Shown here in pieces: positions 60,838 to 64,000 of a DNA stretch of 64,000 nucleotides. The DNA is taken from contig NW_024704742.1 in the NCBI RefSeq assembly GCF_018977255.1, positions 38,256,001 through 38,320,000 on the forward strand, given 5' to 3'. The translations under genes were made by a program, and so were the position numbers. The notes beneath the pieces were generated by a model. It made no database searches, was not told where the DNA came from, and saw only the letters and a list, made by a program, of their open reading frames with translations. Source of the DNA: Callorhinchus milii (lineage: Eukaryota). The stretch's first letter is position 1; each line of letters begins with the position of its first letter.

Positions 60838-63400
60838 TACAACAACAAATGGCATTTATATAGCACCCTTCACATGGGATAGTACGTAACAGTGGCAGAG
60901 CCTAACCATGAGCCAAGGAGAGATGGGAGGTGACTATAGGTACATTCAAAGAGGAAGGTTTTCAGGTGTAGTCTGAAAAGAGGGAAAGCAAAGGGATTGA
61001 CGAAGAGAGTTCCAAAGCATTGGGGCATAGTGACTAAAAGCATAGCCACCCATGGTGGAGCTGAGGGGATGAGGTATGTGTGGAAGGTGTGAGCTAGCTG
61101 AGCAAAGTGTGCAGGTAGAGGAGTGGGTATAAGCAGGTTGGAAAGGTAGGGAAGTGCCAGAGTGTAATTGATTTGTAAGTAAGTGTGATATCAAACCATT
61201 CTGCAATAGAGATCCAGCAGAGCCTGACATGGACTGGGGTGATGGTAGTGCAGAGTTTGGTACAGGCAGTGGAGTTTTAGATCAGTTGGATTTTGTGGGT
61301 GATGGAATTCAGGAGACTGGCAAGGAGGGCATCGGAAAAATTGTGGAGGGAGAGTTGGGAAGTCCGGTGAGTTAGCATAGTCAAATCTGAACATGATGAC
61401 AGCATCTCTGTGGTCTGAGGGAAGAGTTAGTGATGGAAGCAGGCAATGTTGCGGAGGTGGTGAAAGGCAGAATGGGTCATGGCACAAATTTGAGGTTTAA
61501 AGGATAATTGACGGTCGAGAAGATACCATACTGACTCGTTAAGATGGAGTATGCATGATTTGTTGCTGATGGTAGACAAGCAGGAGAACCTCTGTCTTGT
61601 CAACATTCAACTGGAGCAAGTTAGTTCTCATCCAAGACTTGATGTCCAACATGCAATCAGTCATAACAGCAATGGTCCTGGAGTCGACGGCGAAGGCAGG
61701 GAGATAGAGGTGGGTATCATTGCAACATATGTGGAAGTTAACCCCATGCCTGCGGATAATTTTATCAAGCGGAAGCATGTACATATTAAAGAGGAGAGGT
61801 GGTGGCTGGAGGAGAAACCGTTCGTGGATAAAAAGTGGAGACGATGGGAAAGGTAAGAGTGAAACCAGGCAAGGACAGAAGCGTAAAGATGGAGTTGAGA
61901 TAAGGGTAGGGGAGAAGAACTAAGTGGTCAACAGTGTCAAAGGCAACAGAGTTATCGAGAAGGTTGAGGAGACAGAGATCCCTGGTCTCGTAACTTTTAC
62001 TAAGGCTGTCTCAGTATTGTGGGCAGCACGGAAACCAGATTGGAGAGGTTCATACAGGTAGTGGCGAGAGAGGAAAAAGCAAAGCTGGGAAGCAACGACT
62101 CATTCCAGAACTTCGGAAAGAAAAGGAAGGTTGGACTGGTAGCGAGAGAACAGAGGTGAGTCAAGAGAAGATGCTGGGAACACTCAGCAAGTCAGGCAGC
62201 ATCTATAAAGAAAGGAAAGTGAGTCAATGTTTCGGGTCCACTTCATCAGAACTGGGGCATGTTGAGAGGGAGAGGCTTTAAAGGGCTAACAGAGAGGGGA
62301 GGCAGGGCAAGGAAGACAAAGGAGAAAATGGGTGATGAAGTCAGAGTGCGAGTGGGAGGGAGAGTTGAAGTGGCAGGAAACCGGAAGCTCAGGATTGTGC
62401 TTGCGGACAGAATGGAGGTGTTCGGCAAATCAGTCACCCAATGTCCGTTTTGTCTCCCCAATGTAGAGGAGACCACATCGTGAGCACTCTGACCTCTCCA
62501 TCCATAGTCTCCTACGCTGTTCCAATGAGGCACAGCGCAAGCTCGAGGAACAGCACCTCATTTATCTGCTAGGGACCTTACAGCCCTCTGGCCTCAATAT
62601 TGATTTCAACAAATTCAGACCATAACAGTTCACTTTCCCCTCCCCCACTTCTATGACCATTACCACATCATCTTGGTCCCAGACACACCTTTTCTCTCTC
62701 TGGTCTGCCTATTTTGTTGCAATTAACGCCTCTATTGTCCTGTTTTGTTGCAATTCCCCCTTTTTGTTTTGCATCATTAATACCTCTTTAACCCATCATC
62801 CCCTGTCCTCTACCCCATTTTTTCTTTTATCTTCCTTGTCCTGCCTCCCCGCTCTCTGTTAATCCTTAGAAGCCTCTCCCTCCCAACATGCCCCAATTCT
62901 GACAAAGAGTCGTGGACCCGAACCGTTAACTCACTTTCCTTTCTCCATAGATGCTACCTGACCTGCTGAGTGTTCCCCACGACTTCTGTTTTTGTTTCAG
63001 ATTTCCAGCATCTGCAATATTTTGTGTTTTGGGTCAAGTGAAGATTTTTTTGAGGGCAGGGGTGATGACAGCTATTTTTAAGCAGGTGGGAACAGTGCCA
63101 GTGGACAGCGAGAGGTTGACAATGTCTGTCAGTAGGGTGTTTAGGACGTGGTGCTGTAAGGTAGAGAGGGGTAGGAATTGGGTCAAGAGAGCAGGTGGTG
63201 GGCTTCATTTGGAATAGATGGAGGTGAGAGAAGAGGGGGAGCCAGTCACCACGCTTGAGAGTAATTAGTATAAAGCACTTTGCTGGCCACAGCACAGAAC
63301 CAACTTTGGTCAAAGTGATAGATGACATTTTATCCATCTACAACCAGGGCTCCCTCGTCCTCCTTGACCTCACTACTGCCTTCGATACCGTTGATGGCTG
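60838..63400 (-). mobile_element. Degraded L2 LINE ORF2, interrupted by Penelope
   Basis: YMLPLDKIIRRHGVNFHICCNDTHLYL...WMRTNLLQLNVDKTEVL and PTTCSLDPIPT; tail at 60838-60865. Confidence 0.85.
62173..63030. mobile_element. Penelope-like element fragment with inverted termini
   Basis: Minus strand 62490-62390 encodes CSRCGLLYIGETKRTLGD*FAEHLHSVRK (GIY-YIG). Plus strand encodes RKLEEQHLIYLLGTLQPSGLNIDF. 62170-62275 is the reverse complement of 62875-62980. Imperfect 15-bp flanking duplication. Confidence 0.85.
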
Positions 63401-64000
63401 ATCATCTTTCTGATGCAACTTTACTTCCGTTACAAGCATGTAATTAAAAGATGATTATTTTTAGAGATTGCCACATGATAGACTCCTGTCCTCTTCTCCC
63501 AATGGTGTTAATCAGAAACAGACTTTAAGGAAAAATCAAATAAAGCATATGTGGAAATATACAAGTTGTTAAGCAGCATGTGAAAGGGTGAGGCAGATCA
63601 CCATAAAATGGGGCACACCCAGATTCTTTATTGTCTGTTTGTTCTGCTCTACGTTTTCAGCCTGCTCTGGTTTTGTTATGGAACAGTGATTGAATTTTAA
63701 TGGTTCGTTTTACTAGTCTAACTCTTAACGTATTTACACAGAATTGCTGTAATGCTTGGGTGACTCAGCGTTCAACAACAGTACAGTACTTTGTTTAAGG
63801 TACTTTAAGATAACAGGTCTGTTCCTCACCCCACCCATTATTCATGTCTGACAAAGAATAACCTTTGACAGAGACACGGGTTGTCAGGACTGTGGGTCAC
63901 CCAAGATTCTTATTGATTGTGTTAATGTACATAGATTTTTCTTTGAGTTAGAACTAACCACAAGTTCACTTCAATGTAATAGGGATTATTTTTGGTCAGA

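Noticed and set aside
63400..64000. Possible 3' end of a convergent neighbour such as COPS4, or a fourth PLAC8 copy
   Set aside because: Only a minus-strand AATAAA near 63627 and an expectation from synteny; no coding exon or PLAC8 homology is visible.

Overview
This window is eukaryotic genomic DNA, most likely from a cartilaginous fish (DeuSINE/SacSINE1-like SINEs, dense CR1 and L2 LINEs, Penelope). The ORF track misses the real genes because they are spliced. Reading splice sites by hand gives the last coding exon of COQ2 (707-859, +). It is followed by three intact tandem PLAC8/onzin paralogs, all on +: copy A (CDS 7930-8044, 10343-10467, 11713-11841; 122 aa), copy B (30077-30191, 30761-30885, 31654-31755; 113 aa) and copy C (51967-52072, 57257-57381, 58534-58623; 106 aa). 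Each has a probable non-coding exon 1; B and C also have a probable 3'-UTR intron. The paralogs are mosaics: near-identical tracts that look like gene conversion sit beside regions with mostly amino-acid-changing differences, and copy A has a new C-terminus recruited from former intron. The rest is nested transposable elements: a young tRNA-head SINE family that shares its tail with L2, a near full-length CR1, a solo LTR, a decayed Gypsy integrase, a Penelope fragment with hammerhead remnants, and an unclassified dispersed repeat. I found no prokaryotic-type system (CRISPR, operon). All alignments and identities were done by eye, and most TE boundaries are approximate.
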